DNA of 64,000 nucleotides from an uncultured Chloroflexia bacterium (lineage in GTDB: Bacteria; Chloroflexota; Dehalococcoidia; GIF9; UBA5629): contig CAWKFY010000019.1 in NCBI GenBank assembly GCA_963848815.1, forward strand, positions 13,286 to 77,285, in the 5' to 3' direction. The translations under genes were made by a program, and so were the position numbers. Positions 63,405-64,000 of this stretch are shown in pieces; position 1 is the first letter of the stretch; each line of letters begins with the position of its first letter. A model generated the notes under the pieces. It ran no database searches, was not told the DNA's origin, and saw only the letters and a list, made by a program, of their open reading frames with translations.

Positions 63405-64000
63405 GAGTCGAGCATGAACTCTATTTCGCCGGGGCTGGTGAACATACCCTGCTGTATATTGTGTATTACACCGTTTTTATCGATGAAGTAAGTCTTGGGA
63501 ATGCTGGTGATACCGTACTCGTTAAAGACGTTGTCATCGGAGTCAAGCAGGACCGTGAAATTGAAATTGTTTTGCGCCATAAAAGCTCTTATTATGCTCT
63601 CATCGGATTCGCTGCCGGCTACGGTCAAGACCATGACATCAGAACCGCTGCTGTATTTAGTCCACACCGTCTGCAGATGAGGGAGTTCGATTTTGCAGGG
63701 TGTGCACCAGCTCGCCCAGAAATTGAGGATCACTTTTTTGCCGCGGAATTGGCTGAGGGAGACATATTCGTTTTGCAGGTCCTTGAGCTGAAAATCGGGC
63801 GCCACGCTGCCGGAGTAGGGGGCGGTATTGGTAACGGGCTGGGTCGTAAAGGTGCGGTCGTCCAGGTTGCTGACCGTATCGCCCGCAGCGTCGGTCGAAA
63901 ATACCTTATAGTGATAGCGTGTATTGGCGCTAAGCCCATTGATATAGATACTGTGATCCAACGTTTGTTGCAGCACCTGCGTCGATGGGAAAGGCAGCGA
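63395..64000 (-). CDS. FN3-like plus TlpA-like thioredoxin domain protein (paralog of 59453..61696); 5' partial at window edge, 3' end altered by the IS insertion
   Basis: WASWCTPC redoxin motif. The last codons (...LDSIQ*) are supplied by the target-site duplication and the IS inverted repeat. Confidence 0.75.
   Translation of the reverse strand, partial: SLPFPSTQVLQQTLDHSIYINGLSANTRYHYKVFSTDAAGDTVSNLDDRTFTTQPVTNTAPYSGSVAPDFQLKDLQNEYVSLSQFRGKKVILNFWASWCTPCKIELPHLQTVWTKYSSGSDVMVLTVAGSESDESIIRAFMAQNNFNFTVLLDSDDNVFNEYGITSIPKTYFIDKNGVIHNIQQGMFTSPGEIEFMLDSIQ

Noticed and set aside
1-64000. CRISPR arrays, rRNA genes, prophage or integron signatures
   Set aside because: No regularly spaced direct repeats, no rRNA-like conserved stretches and no integrase, terminase or capsid genes were seen. 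The only mobile element is the single IS.

Overview
This 64 kb window is chromosomal DNA from a moderately GC-rich bacterium; the gene content suggests an anaerobe, and a Chloroflexota-like origin is a weak inference. It is gene-dense, about 75 CDS on both strands. Most genes are redox and central-carbon metabolism: LutA/LutB-like lactate-utilisation Fe-S proteins, a GlcD/GlcF-like FAD/Fe-S oxidase trio, 4-hydroxybutyryl-CoA dehydratase (AbfD) next to thioredoxin, ATP-dependent PEP carboxykinase, a two-subunit pyruvate carboxylase (pycA/pycB), nitroreductase, aldo/keto reductase and pirin. There are many small Cys-rich, zinc-ribbon or Fe-S proteins. Regulators and signalling proteins include PAS-GGDEF, Crp/Fnr, MarR and DUF134. 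Transporters include two TauE/SafE and two MFS. An arsenosugar-type trio (TIGR04282-like GT, AhpD-like, ArsS-like radical SAM) sits next to GT2, GT-C-like and PIG-L glycan genes. RNA and mobile features are one tRNA-Ser(UGA) and one ISLre2-family IS element with 24-bp imperfect IRs and a 9-bp target-site duplication. The IS is inserted into the last codons of one of two tandem FN3-TlpA (thioredoxin-like) paralogs. No CRISPR array, rRNA or prophage was seen. At least 18 otherwise well-conserved genes are split by single-base frameshifts, at least two of them in homopolymer runs. This looks like indel errors in the assembly rather than biology. The most novel-looking locus is a pair of tandem paralogous ~112-aa 7-Cys proteins at 41.9-42.8 kb. 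Each has its own SD, a conserved upstream palindrome TTGCGC-N4-GCGCAA at identical spacing, and its own intrinsic terminator.
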